Below, in pieces: positions 9,132 through 18,828 of a stretch of DNA of 64,000 bases. Source of the stretch: an uncultured Candidatus Saccharibacteria bacterium. GTDB taxonomy: Bacteria > Patescibacteriota > Dojkabacteria > SC72. The stretch lies in assembly GCA_964621195.1 (NCBI GenBank), contig CAZULJ010000001.1:33200-97199 (forward strand). The letters are read 5' to 3'. The translations under genes and the position numbers were made by a program. Every line of letters begins with the position of its first letter. Position 1 is the first letter of the stretch. The notes under the pieces were generated by a model that was not told the DNA's origin, did not search any database, and was given only the letters and a program-made list of their open reading frames with translations.

Positions 9132-10893
9132 CAGTTACTGACTTTGCTAAGTTCCTTGGCTTATCAATATTATTACCTAACTCTCTTGCTATATAGAAGG
9201 AGAGTAATTGAAAAGGAATCACATTTGCTATTGCTTTTAATGTATCAGTAGAGGGTACCTCTATGAAATGATCAAAGCATTTCTCTTCCTGTTTATCTCC
9301 AATACCTACTGTAAGAGCTCCCCTAGCCTTTACCTCCTGTGTTGCAGAGATTAGATCTTTTCTATTCTCATCATTTGAGATTATTGATATTACTGGAGTT
9401 CCCTTCTCAATTAATGCTATTACTCCATGTTTAAGTTCTCCTGCAGCGAATCCTTCAAAATGCTTGTATGAGATCTCTTTTATCTTTAATGCCCCCTCTT
9501 GAGCTATATGGAAGTTTTGACCTTTTCCTAATATAAAGAAGTGTTCATTTTTAACAAGTAGTTTTGAAATCTTTTCTATCTTCTTAAATGTTTTAGGTGT
9601 GAAGAAGAGTTCTAAATTTGAAGAGAGTTTTGTTAATTCTTTCTTTGCTTCTAGGTATTTACCTACGATTGACATTGAGAGTAGATATCCGAAGGATATT
9701 TGTGATGTAAAAACCTTTGTAGATGCTACACAGATTTCGCTCCCTGCATTTGACATAAAGAAGGTATCTGAGAGTCTACCAAGTGTTGAACCAGGCATAT
9801 TTATTATACTTGCGATAAATGTACCCTTCTCCTTTAATTTCTCAACTACTTCCAGGGTGTCAGCTGTTTCTCCGCTTTGTGATATTGCTATCAATGTATC
9901 ATCTTTGCCTATTAAATCTATATATGATTCTGTTTCGTATGCTTTAATTGAGATTGCATTTACCTTCGCTATCTTTCTTAAATAAAAGGCTATTTGATCT
10001 GCACTAAAGCCTGCAGTACCTGCTCCTACAGTATATATATTTCTTGATTTTTTAATTCTGTCTATTAGTGGCTTAAGATCTTTTTGTGAATATTGTGTGG
10101 CTTTTAGAATAGTGTGTTGTTGTTCTACAATTTCCTTGATCATAAAGTGGGAGTATTCTCCTTTAGATATTTCAATATTTAATAGGTCTTCTTTCTTAGG
10201 TTTTCTCTCTATATACTTACCTTTCGAAATATCGAAAATCTTGTAACTATTTGTATCTATTTCAACTAATTCACCATTGTTTACTTCTACAATGCTTGTA
10301 CAGTATTGGTTAAATGCTAAGGGATCAGATGCTAAGTATACACTTCCATCCTCTATACCTAATATTAGTGGGCTACCATTTCTGATGGCATATATACGGT
10401 TTGATTTGCTATCTAACATAATGACAGTATTTCTTCCTTGTAACTGTTTAAAGGCCTCTACAAGAGCCTGTTTGAGGTCTGTAGTATGTTTGTACTGTTC
10501 TTCCACTAGTTTTACGATTACTTCTGTATCAACTTGGGTATCAAAGATATATCCTTTCTTAGAAAGAAGGACTTTTAATTCTGTATAGTTTTCTACAATA
10601 CCATTTTGTGCTAATACAAAGCTTTTATCTGTTGAATAGTGGGGATGTGCATTGGTTATGGTAACACCACCATGTGTAGCCCATCTAGTGTGTCCAATTC
10701 CAACTTTATGGGAGTTGTCATTTACTTTATACTCTACGGGTATTTCTCCGATTGCCTTCTTTGTTACAATCTTCCCCTTTTCTATTGTACTTATTCCCCA
10801 TGAGTCATATCCTCTGTATTCTAGTCTTTTTAATCCTTGATGAATTATATATTGGGCATTTGATTGTCCAATGTATCCGAAAATACCGCACAT
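9124..10893 (-). CDS. glmS: glutamine--fructose-6-phosphate aminotransferase
   Basis: Begins MCGIFGYIG (N-terminal nucleophile Cys of class II glutamine amidotransferases); two SIS domains; 589 aa; preceded by a glmS ribozyme. Confidence 0.9.
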   Translation of the reverse strand: MCGIFGYIGQSNAQYIIHQGLKRLEYRGYDSWGISTIEKGKIVTKKAIGEIPVEYKVNDNSHKVGIGHTRWATHGGVTITNAHPHYSTDKSFVLAQNGIVENYTELKVLLSKKGYIFDTQVDTEVIVKLVEEQYKHTTDLKQALVEAFKQLQGRNTVIMLDSKSNRIYAIRNGSPLILGIEDGSVYLASDPLAFNQYCTSIVEVNNGELVEIDTNSYKIFDISKGKYIERKPKKEDLLNIEISKGEYSHFMIKEIVEQQHTILKATQYSQKDLKPLIDRIKKSRNIYTVGAGTAGFSADQIAFYLRKIAKVNAISIKAYETESYIDLIGKDDTLIAISQSGETADTLEVVEKLKEKGTFIASIINMPGSTLGRLSDTFFMSNAGSEICVASTKVFTSQISFGYLLSMSIVGKYLEAKKELTKLSSNLELFFTPKTFKKIEKISKLLVKNEHFFILGKGQNFHIAQEGALKIKEISYKHFEGFAAGELKHGVIALIEKGTPVISIISNDENRKDLISATQEVKARGALTVGIGDKQEEKCFDHFIEVPSTDTLKAIANVIPFQLLSFYIARELGNNIDKPRNLAKSVTVK

Positions 10894-10919
10894 ATTTTTA
10901 GTGTTTATACTTTATATCG

Positions 10920-11056
10920 TTTTGGGAATGTAATGAGTGATCCTTTTGTTTCCTTTGTAGATCATCTTTAGGTTGTTACAACAACCTGAAGGTACCCGCT
11001 GATTATTTCGATAGCCTTCTCCTCGTTGTATACTTTTTAGTATACCCAGTCGCTTA
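10920..11056 (-). ncRNA. glmS ribozyme (GlcN6P-responsive self-cleaving riboswitch) in the glmS 5' leader
   Basis: Minus strand reads A^GCGAC...(P1 hairpin GUAUACU-AAAA-AGUAUAC)...AACGAGGA GAAGGCUAUCGAAAUAAUCAGCGGGUACC ...GGUUGUUGUAACAACC UAAAGAU ...GGAUCACUCAUUACAUUCC. This matches the conserved glmS core elements A^GCG cleavage site, ACGAGGA, GGYUAUCGAA, UCRGCGGRURCC and AUCAC...UUCC, and ends about 30 nt before the glmS ATG. Confidence 0.75.
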
Positions 11057-11102
11057 AATATATTAAGTTCCCTTCTCTATTATACATATCTTAGGGTAAA
11101 TG

Positions 11103-11774
11103 TTAATCCCTTCTCCTTATCAAGGATGCATAGTACAAAACGTTGAGTATAGAGGTTAGAAGTGATGCAATATATGTTGTTGCAGCGGCAGAAAGAACTG
11201 ATTTGGCACCAGAAAGTCTACTCTCCTGTATTAGGTTATACTTCTTAATTAATCTTAGTGCTCTGTTACTTGCATCTATTTCAATTGGTAGTGTTACTAG
11301 TGCAAATACTGCAGTCAAAGAAAAGAGTACCAAGCCAATTTCTGCAAGTCCTAGTAGATTTAGAATTAATCCAGCAATTATTAATATATATCCTAACTGT
11401 GATCCAATATTAACTATTGGTACAAGTCCTGTCCTAATGTTAAAGAGTAGAGACTTTTCAAACTTTTGTTGAACATGGCCAAACTCATGAGCAACAACAG
11501 CTATAGATCCTACAGAGGAATCTAGGGCTGGTGTAGAGATTGTTACAATGTCCTTACTCGGATCAAAATGATCGCTTAGTGCTGGACCATATATTTGTAT
11601 ATCAACAGGAAAGCCCTCTCCATCCTTAATTATCTTTGCAGCTTGCTCTCCTGTATATTCTGTTCCAGGTGATAGGTTGGAATACTTCTTAAAGGACGTA
11701 GTAATCCATATCTGAGCTATGAGGGCTAGTGCAAGTGCTGGGAGCATATATATGAAGTATGATGAGTCAAACAT
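11103..11774 (-). CDS. membrane zinc metallopeptidase (HEXXH)
   Basis: HEXXH motif (VVAHEFGHVQQ); N- and C-terminal TM helices; 223 aa, consistent with the small putative neutral zinc metallopeptidase family. Confidence 0.55.
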   Translation of the reverse strand: MFDSSYFIYMLPALALALIAQIWITTSFKKYSNLSPGTEYTGEQAAKIIKDGEGFPVDIQIYGPALSDHFDPSKDIVTISTPALDSSVGSIAVVAHEFGHVQQKFEKSLLFNIRTGLVPIVNIGSQLGYILIIAGLILNLLGLAEIGLVLFSLTAVFALVTLPIEIDASNRALRLIKKYNLIQESRLSGAKSVLSAAATTYIASLLTSILNVLYYASLIRRRD

Positions 11775-11870
11775 ATGTGTTTATTCTAATACCTTAAAGT
11801 ACCTTTATTTTATCATTGATTTGATTGAGGGGGTATATAGAGGGTAGAGATTAATCTACCCCCTATTCAT

Positions 11871-14800
11871 TTAAAAAGTTTTCTTCTTGTTTTGACCGAA
11901 GAGAAGAATACCCGAGACTGTTACCAATCCAAGTATTACTAGTATCCATATCCAGTATTTCTGTAAGAAGTTTCTCTCATCTAGTATAGCAAAATCTATT
12001 GTTACATCCTCATTCTCTACTATCTCAACACCAAGAGTATTCTCTTCTATATTGAAATTGTCTGGGAGCTTACTCTCGTCGATCTCTACAAAGTACTCAC
12101 CAGTACATAGTGTTGTTTCCCAGTAGCCATTTTCATCGGAAGTTAATTCTTTAACTGTCTCCTCTGTTCCATCATCTTTTGTATATATTCTTACAGGAAT
12201 ATCTGTGTAGATCTTTTCATCTGAATCTTTTTCTCCATTCTTATTACTATCTACATATATATACCCAGAAATCTTTGAAGGATTCTCACATGTTTGTGAA
12301 CCTTTTACCTCTGGAGATGAGACTTCCTCTCCTTCTTCTTCAAAGTCTTCATCGCCACTTCCAATACCAAATAGGTCAGAGACATAAGTGGTTACCTTCT
12401 TGATAATAGTAGGCGATTTTACAGTGTCTGTTGCTCCTGCGACCTCACCCGTTTCTGTTGGCAAGATAATTGGGTCTACTGTAATTTCTATGTCCTCAGA
12501 TGCACAGAGGGCAGAGCTTTCGCACACTTCTAATTCTGCTGTAAATACTCCAACTGCACTGTACTGATGTGAGACATTACTTAATATCTGTCCAATTACA
12601 GGTGTACTTCCAGTAACATCTGGAGTTCCATCTCCAAATGAGAGTGTATATGTCCAGTCGCTATCATCTAAACCTGGATCAGTAAATGATCCGTTGAATA
12701 TTACATTATTACCCTCTGTAATAACTGTGGAATCTGAAGAAAAGATGAGGCTGGGTAATACGTTTTCGATTGTTACTACAAAAGTATGAGGGTTGGATTC
12801 GTTACCAGCCATATCTCTACTGTAGTAAGTGATTGTGTAGTCACCTTCTGGTATAAGTGATGTATCTGCAACAAGGGTGTTAATACCATAGCTGTTATTC
12901 AATTCTGTAAGTATTGTAGCTGTTAAATCGATATTCCAGCTATTTGTCTCTACTGAGGGGAAGATACATGTGTTAGGATGGTCTCCTAGATCACTTTGGA
13001 TTGAATAGCAGAATTTCTCTATTTCAAAATTGTCCTCAGCGAGTACTTCTTTTGTTGGAATTGTAGAACCTTCGAGGATTGCAAAATCATCTAATGTAGA
13101 TACTGTAGGGATTGTATTATCTACAATTACATTTATTACATCTACCGAAATATTGTTGTCCTTATTATTGGCCTTATCTCTTGCTTCAAGTCTCATTTCG
13201 TACTCCCCATCAGGTTTGGCTGTTGTATCCCAAGTGTAGATGGTTTCATCTAATAAATTGGTTGATGTTGTAATTGTTTGTGACTTTACTCCTTCTATAC
13301 TGTAGTAGTATCTAAGTAGATTACTGTCTTGAACGGAGCCTCTAAAGTCTACAGTACCTTTTACATACTCAGTGTCTGAAGGGTTAGTTATTTCAACTGA
13401 TGGTGGAGTCCAGTCTATAATGATCTTACAGCTACTTGAGAAGCCGTATGGACCATCAAGTGACCAACCAGATATATTACCTGCTAGGTCTACTGTTCTA
13501 ACTTGAAAACCATATGTTCCCTCCATTGGTATATTCCACCATGAACTGTCAAAGTAATTTGTATAAAATGGTGAAGATACTAATCCTGCAGATCCTGTAG
13601 GAGCATTAAATGACGAGTATTCATATTTGTAGAAATTTATATCTGATGTTGAATTCCAGTGCTCTTTAATATGTTTTGTATTGCTATATCCTCCACACAT
13701 TACCTCTTTGTTGTTATCTACATCCCAGAAGTAAAGTCCAGTTGGGATTTCAGGAACTATTGTATCCAATTCTATTGAACAGTTATCTTGCATTTCATCT
13801 GTTGTAAGGGTACTCGGTGTTAACCAATCTTGACTCCAGTTACTCCAGTTTCCAGCCATATCTTGAGCGCGTACTCTAATGTAGTGTCTTCCTTCATTTA
13901 AAGAACCACTGTATTGAGAATTGACTCCGTTAAAGAATACGGTCCATAGGCCTCTTGTACCTGAGGTAGTTGGATAGTTAATTTGATATTCATAACCTTT
14001 TATTGGAGATCCCGTACCATCAGAATCAGACCAGTCAACAGTGGTATTTTTTACGTTTGTATATCCACCACATTGGGTTGTTGGATTATTAAAGCCTAAT
14101 ACTTCTGGGGTGGAAGGTTTGGTTGCATCATAGAAATAATGGACAGGAGTACTCCATGCACTTTCGTTACCGACATTATCTATCGCTTGTACCCTTATTG
14201 TGACTCCTCCTTGTTCTGAAATATTTGGAACATGATTCCTTTGACTTAATGTTGTAAGTCTATATGGACCTCCAGAGAATGTATGACCATCATCATAGAT
14301 ATATTCTATTCGATATTCTTTGATACCTGATGTGTCAGATACATCAGTCCAATCATTTAAGATAGGGGTAGAGTTGAAATATTGACCCTCTGCAGGAAAT
14401 ACTATTGAAGGAGCTTCTGGTGGTGTACTGTCATATGTTATTTGGCAACTCCCTAGAAGTGTTTTGTCACTTAATGACCAGGCTGATTTATTTCCAGCGA
14501 GATCAACAGCTCTTACAGCATAACCATATGTTCCATCTACTGTTGGTACCCAACTATGTACAAATTCAGATGTAAACAATTTCTGCTCGTTAATACCTAT
14601 ACTCCCATTTGGGTGGAAAGAGGTGTATTCATAGTGTGAGAGATCTGATTCTGTATTATCATCCCAATCTGGGATTAAAGTTTGCAATGTTGTCAAATCA
14701 CTACATTGATACAAAGTACTATCAAGTCCCCTTCTATGTAGGCCTATTGGAGCACTTGGTGCAATAGTGTCTATAGTGAACTTTTCAAGCTCTGACCATT

Positions 14801-16304
14801 CGCTCTCATTATCATTCATATCCACTGCCTTAACTTGCCAGTAATATGTTCTGTCTTGTGTTGTTCCAGCCTGATATTCAGAAATAGGTCTCCAAACTCC
14901 TGTAGAATTGGGATATACTGAGCATGAGGCGGGGATATTAGATATGTCAGAACAATTGTAGAAAATTCTGTAGTAGTATCCCTTTATTGAGCCACCTGTA
15001 ACCGTAGAATCTTCCCATTGCATCAAAGGTGTATTGTCATTGATTGAAACCCCATCTATTGGATATTCTAGTACAGGAATACTTGGTACAGGGGGTTTGA
15101 GAGTATACAATCTTTTATTTTCAGAATCTGCATAATTATATTGATTATCAATATCTGTAACGGATGAGTCTGTAGTAATATCATCTATGTAGATATGAAA
15201 AAGGTCGGATTGATTGCTAATTTTTTCGATTATTAATCTTGCTTCGGATGTTACACCAGATCCCTGAGCTACATTTATACCATGCCATAAGTTACCACTA
15301 GTTGTTATATCTCTTGCAGTTACAATTGATCCATTAACAACTATTCCCGATCGGTCGTTATTAATTGAGGTTACCGTATCAAGAAGTATGTTATTAACTG
15401 TATATATGTTTATACCGTGCAAATTGGTTCCATCTGTTCCATCTATAGTTAAGTCCCTGATGGTTACATTATTTGCTTGAATACCAATCGCTGAGTTATT
15501 TGAGTTGTCTGTTTTTGCAAATTTGCTAAAAATTGTAAAACCATTTCCTTCTAAAGTAATTTCCTTGTTAATTGTAATCTGAGATGTAATATCTACATTG
15601 CTTCGAATTAATATAGTGTCACCATTCGTTGCAGCATTTATAGCGGCTTGAACAGTATCGTAGCATGTGTACCCACTACCAGAGGCTACACAAGATTCTG
15701 AATCTGAGTTGTTGCCATTGCCTACTGGATTGGGCGTAATAACTACAAAAGTTGTGAAATGATCTAAACCTGATATCCTAATCGTATTTCCCTCTACAAG
15801 TACTGAGTCTATTGGATTGTATGTACTACCATCTTCTGTATATTTAACCTCAATATTTTCTCCTTGATCATTGGGTAGTACTAAATCATATGTAAACGAT
15901 CCATTAGCCATTGTAGAAGTAAAATCCCAAGCATAGCTATCTGTTGTATTTAAAAGCTCTTTCTCTTCATCTGTAAGCAAAACCTTACTTATTCGGAGAT
16001 CTCCTTCCTCTGTAACAGAAGTGAACGTTATTCTTACTCGATCATCTTCAGGATACACATATTCTTTTTCTTCTACAGGAAATACTGTATAGATTCCCTC
16101 TTCGAATATTGAGGTTGATATCCCCTCTTCTAAAATATCTTCTGATTCGTCAGTCGGTATTTCAGCAATACTATCTGTCTTTGCAAGATCTAAATCTTGA
16201 GCAATAACAACAACGGGTGATAGAAGATTGGGTATTAGAATTGAAAAGAGTAAAAGGGAGTTTAAAATTTGGGCACTAACTCTATGAAGGGTTTTCTTCC
16301 TCAT
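11871..16304 (-). CDS. giant surface protein (1477 aa): signal peptide, parallel beta-helix region, multiple FN3/Ig-like repeats, PKD-like domain, C-terminal TM anchor
   Basis: N-terminal signal MRKKTLHRVSAQILNSLLLFSIL; beta-helix-like repeats NNVTIRDLTIDGTDGTNLHGINIYTVNNILLDTV...; recurring D-x-AGN-x-S-x-WS motifs (VDLAGNKSAWS, IDNVGNESAWS, QDMAGNWSNWS, VDLAGNISGWS, AVDMNDNESEWS); PKD-like FGDGTPDVTGS; C-terminal hydrophobic anchor YWIWILVILGLVTVSGILLFG followed by KKK. Confidence 0.7.
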   Translation of the reverse strand: MRKKTLHRVSAQILNSLLLFSILIPNLLSPVVVIAQDLDLAKTDSIAEIPTDESEDILEEGISTSIFEEGIYTVFPVEEKEYVYPEDDRVRITFTSVTEEGDLRISKVLLTDEEKELLNTTDSYAWDFTSTMANGSFTYDLVLPNDQGENIEVKYTEDGSTYNPIDSVLVEGNTIRISGLDHFTTFVVITPNPVGNGNNSDSESCVASGSGYTCYDTVQAAINAATNGDTILIRSNVDITSQITINKEITLEGNGFTIFSKFAKTDNSNNSAIGIQANNVTIRDLTIDGTDGTNLHGINIYTVNNILLDTVTSINNDRSGIVVNGSIVTARDITTSGNLWHGINVAQGSGVTSEARLIIEKISNQSDLFHIYIDDITTDSSVTDIDNQYNYADSENKRLYTLKPPVPSIPVLEYPIDGVSINDNTPLMQWEDSTVTGGSIKGYYYRIFYNCSDISNIPASCSVYPNSTGVWRPISEYQAGTTQDRTYYWQVKAVDMNDNESEWSELEKFTIDTIAPSAPIGLHRRGLDSTLYQCSDLTTLQTLIPDWDDNTESDLSHYEYTSFHPNGSIGINEQKLFTSEFVHSWVPTVDGTYGYAVRAVDLAGNKSAWSLSDKTLLGSCQITYDSTPPEAPSIVFPAEGQYFNSTPILNDWTDVSDTSGIKEYRIEYIYDDGHTFSGGPYRLTTLSQRNHVPNISEQGGVTIRVQAIDNVGNESAWSTPVHYFYDATKPSTPEVLGFNNPTTQCGGYTNVKNTTVDWSDSDGTGSPIKGYEYQINYPTTSGTRGLWTVFFNGVNSQYSGSLNEGRHYIRVRAQDMAGNWSNWSQDWLTPSTLTTDEMQDNCSIELDTIVPEIPTGLYFWDVDNNKEVMCGGYSNTKHIKEHWNSTSDINFYKYEYSSFNAPTGSAGLVSSPFYTNYFDSSWWNIPMEGTYGFQVRTVDLAGNISGWSLDGPYGFSSSCKIIIDWTPPSVEITNPSDTEYVKGTVDFRGSVQDSNLLRYYYSIEGVKSQTITTSTNLLDETIYTWDTTAKPDGEYEMRLEARDKANNKDNNISVDVINVIVDNTIPTVSTLDDFAILEGSTIPTKEVLAEDNFEIEKFCYSIQSDLGDHPNTCIFPSVETNSWNIDLTATILTELNNSYGINTLVADTSLIPEGDYTITYYSRDMAGNESNPHTFVVTIENVLPSLIFSSDSTVITEGNNVIFNGSFTDPGLDDSDWTYTLSFGDGTPDVTGSTPVIGQILSNVSHQYSAVGVFTAELEVCESSALCASEDIEITVDPIILPTETGEVAGATDTVKSPTIIKKVTTYVSDLFGIGSGDEDFEEEGEEVSSPEVKGSQTCENPSKISGYIYVDSNKNGEKDSDEKIYTDIPVRIYTKDDGTEETVKELTSDENGYWETTLCTGEYFVEIDESKLPDNFNIEENTLGVEIVENEDVTIDFAILDERNFLQKYWIWILVILGLVTVSGILLFGQNKKKTF

Positions 16305-16386
16305 TTAATTAAGTATTTAAATTACTTATTAGAGATATATCTCTATATCTTATAATATAATCGTAAAATCAAGAAGTCAAATACCG

Positions 16387-16914
16387 TTATTTTCCCTTTG
16401 TATAGAGATATAAAAGGATGGCAATTGAAGAGCCTATTCCTGCTGTAATAATTTGCATATACCCCATAGATGTGAGGAATATGCTTGGTAATCCTATTAA
16501 TTCTATAAGTATTAAGGTAGAGGTATACAAGAATCCAACCTTAAAGAGTATTCCCAATACTCCTCCTATTACATTCTTAAACTTAGAAACACTCAAAGAA
16601 AGTAATACATTTGAAATAATGATAAAGGGCATTAAGTAAAGAAGAAACAACGTAGCACTACCAAATAACAATCCAGTACCAGTTGCAACCAAAGAGGGAA
16701 TTATTAAAAGTGGTATAGATTGTTTAAAACCGTATTTTAATGATGAAAACACTATCAAGAAGTTGATAGCACTACCAACTATTAACTGGGGTTGTGGAAT
16801 TAGTAATGGAATTAAGAAGGAAGATAGATAGAGAAATGGTAGTAGTAAGTAATCAATATCAAGTATAGACTTTTGTAAATGTATTCTTGTTGGTTCCATA
16901 TCCAAGTTTAACAT
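16387..16914 (-). CDS. polytopic membrane protein, hypothetical
   Basis: 175 aa, almost entirely hydrophobic helices. Confidence 0.45.
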   Translation of the reverse strand: MLNLDMEPTRIHLQKSILDIDYLLLPFLYLSSFLIPLLIPQPQLIVGSAINFLIVFSSLKYGFKQSIPLLIIPSLVATGTGLLFGSATLFLLYLMPFIIISNVLLSLSVSKFKNVIGGVLGILFKVGFLYTSTLILIELIGLPSIFLTSMGYMQIITAGIGSSIAILLYLYTKGK

Positions 16915-16957
16915 ATGGAGATTTGAAATAAAATCACTAAATGTTTAATATGTTGTT

Positions 16958-17566
16958 ATGCAGGATTCTAGAGGATTCAGAGAAAAGATTGAACAAGAGC
17001 GTTTAGACTCTATTAATGAAGTTCAGGCTATCCTTGATCGTGTAGATTTTGATATGGATGAATTAGAAGATGTAGAAAGTCCTAGGATACTTGTACTCGG
17101 GACTGGACCATACAACCCAGAAGCTCATATTGTAAAAGATTGGGCTGATAGAAGAGCGAAACCAGTAACAGTAACATGCGTTGATAAAGAGGACAACGAT
17201 GAACTATTTAATCGAACATTTCTGAAGTTAGAAGAGACTGATAACTTTAAAATTGAAAGATATAGGGGACTCTTTGAAGATTTTCCATTTGAAGAATACG
17301 ATTTAATATTCCTATTACGATTCCCCACATTATCGAAGATACCAGATTCTGTATATGAGAGTATTGCCTCTTCTTTGAGACCTGGTGGTATGTTATTACT
17401 TTCTGGAGGATATAGTGAGAAATATTTCACAGGGTACTCTCTAAAGCAGCCAGGTATAAATTTAGAGTCAATGGAGACAATACCTAGGTTTACAGGCGAT
17501 TTCTGGGGGTCATATTCTGGTGATAATGTCATTTTTAAATTTAAAAACAGAATTAATGAAATTTGA
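16958..17566 (+). CDS. class I SAM-dependent methyltransferase-like protein
   Basis: Motif I-like ILVLGTGPY, acidic motif II VTCVDKED, post-III LRPGGMLLLSGG; 202 aa. Confidence 0.4.
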   Translation: MQDSRGFREKIEQERLDSINEVQAILDRVDFDMDELEDVESPRILVLGTGPYNPEAHIVKDWADRRAKPVTVTCVDKEDNDELFNRTFLKLEETDNFKIERYRGLFEDFPFEEYDLIFLLRFPTLSKIPDSVYESIASSLRPGGMLLLSGGYSEKYFTGYSLKQPGINLESMETIPRFTGDFWGSYSGDNVIFKFKNRINEI

Positions 17567-18398
17567 GAAAGAAAAAAAGTATCTATGCCTGTTAGCCCCA
17601 TCGTTTGTATCTGTATATGACTATCCAGACATTGTATACAGGTTAAGAGCTTTAGGGTTTGAAAAAGTTGTAGAGGTAACATTTGGTGCTAAGATGACAA
17701 ATTTAGCTTACTATCAATTACTTAAGGAGAAGAATGATAGAACTTGGATATCATCTCCTTGCCCTACTCTTGTAAATGTGATTAGAGGGAAGTATCCCCA
17801 TTTATTAAGGAATCTTGTTCCTGTTCATTCTCCAATGGGTAGTATGGGATTAATATGTAAGAAACACTTCCCCGGTTATGTAAATGTATTCGTTGGACCA
17901 TGTTTAACAAAGAAAATGGAGGCTAAAGAGCTTGGTACTATAGATGAGGTTTTAACTTTTAGAGAGTTAGATGAACTATTTATTCAATACAATATCCCAG
18001 AGAAGATTACAGACCCTAAACATTGTATTACTTTTGATAAATTCTATAACGACTATACAAAGGTATATCCATTGTCTGGTGGGCTATCTAATACCATGCA
18101 ATATGAAGATATATTAAAAAAGAAGGATATATTGGTAATGGAAGGAATGAGTAACATAATTAAGATTCTTGATGGATTTAAAGATGGATATTACAAAAAT
18201 TATAAATTTCTAGATATTCTTACATGTGAGGGGGGATGTATAAATGGCCCTGGGATAAACTATCAATATCCAGTAAAAGAAAGGATAAAGAGGGTAAAGA
18301 AATACAAAGAGTATGCTAGTAGATATGAGAAAGATCTGGGAAGGACTGGAAAGAAGGTTCATGCTGAAGGTATAGACTTCTCTAGGAAATTTGAGTAA
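17520..18398 (+). CDS. minimal [FeFe]-hydrogenase H-cluster domain protein (HydA-like, no accessory FeS domain)
   Basis: Collinear with the clostridial HydA H-domain: LAPSFVSVYDY / LRALGFEKVVEVTFGAKMT / ISSPCPTLV (TSCCPGW equivalent) / HSPMGSMG / VGPCLTKKMEA (MPCTSKKFEA) / IDEVLTFREL / FLDILTCEGGCINGPG (MACHGGCVNGGGQP). The four [4Fe] Cys ligands are present and the proton-relay Cys is replaced (SSPCP). The true start may be the internal Met at 17556 (MKFEKEKKY), since the first 37 nt overlap the upstream gene. Confidence 0.7.
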   Translation: MIMSFLNLKTELMKFEKEKKYLCLLAPSFVSVYDYPDIVYRLRALGFEKVVEVTFGAKMTNLAYYQLLKEKNDRTWISSPCPTLVNVIRGKYPHLLRNLVPVHSPMGSMGLICKKHFPGYVNVFVGPCLTKKMEAKELGTIDEVLTFRELDELFIQYNIPEKITDPKHCITFDKFYNDYTKVYPLSGGLSNTMQYEDILKKKDILVMEGMSNIIKILDGFKDGYYKNYKFLDILTCEGGCINGPGINYQYPVKERIKRVKKYKEYASRYEKDLGRTGKKVHAEGIDFSRKFE

Positions 18399-18804
18399 AA
18401 TTTTTTACATTCAATATTAGGTGAGAACTATCATCCATCTCAATATCTATTAAAGGTGGATCTTCATTTTCTTCTGTAGGTATATAGAGTGGTTGGATAC
18501 TGTTTTCACTACATTGCATATTACCTTGTAGATATCTTCCAAAAGAGAGCAAGTTGTCCGGTTCTGTCATTTTTAGTAAAAGAAGAATATGTATTACTTC
18601 AACCTGTCTTTTTGCATCCCTTGATTCTACTCGTATCCATTGCCTTTCTTCTCTCCTATTAGTTGAAAATATACATAGAAGTGCTTTGTATAGATCATCC
18701 ATAGAAAGGTATCTCCATTTGTTTTCAGTCATTTCATATGCCTCTTTTATCATTGCTCTTCTTGTACTGTCCTTTTCTCTTTCTTCCATGATAATATCTA
18801 ACAT
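18382..18804 (-). CDS. hypothetical protein
   Basis: 140-aa ORF filling the gap between flanking genes; no motif recognised. Confidence 0.35.
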   Translation of the reverse strand: MLDIIMEEREKDSTRRAMIKEAYEMTENKWRYLSMDDLYKALLCIFSTNRREERQWIRVESRDAKRQVEVIHILLLLKMTEPDNLLSFGRYLQGNMQCSENSIQPLYIPTEENEDPPLIDIEMDDSSHLILNVKNFTQIS

Positions 18805-18828
18805 TAATGTATTAACGAATTATACCTC

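Noticed and set aside
11031-11048. Perfect palindrome GTATACT-tttt-AGTATAC, first considered a LexA/SOS operator because it shares GTATAC with the lexA-upstream repeats
   Set aside because: It is the P1 stem of the glmS ribozyme on the minus strand. The shared 6-8-mer is probably coincidental.
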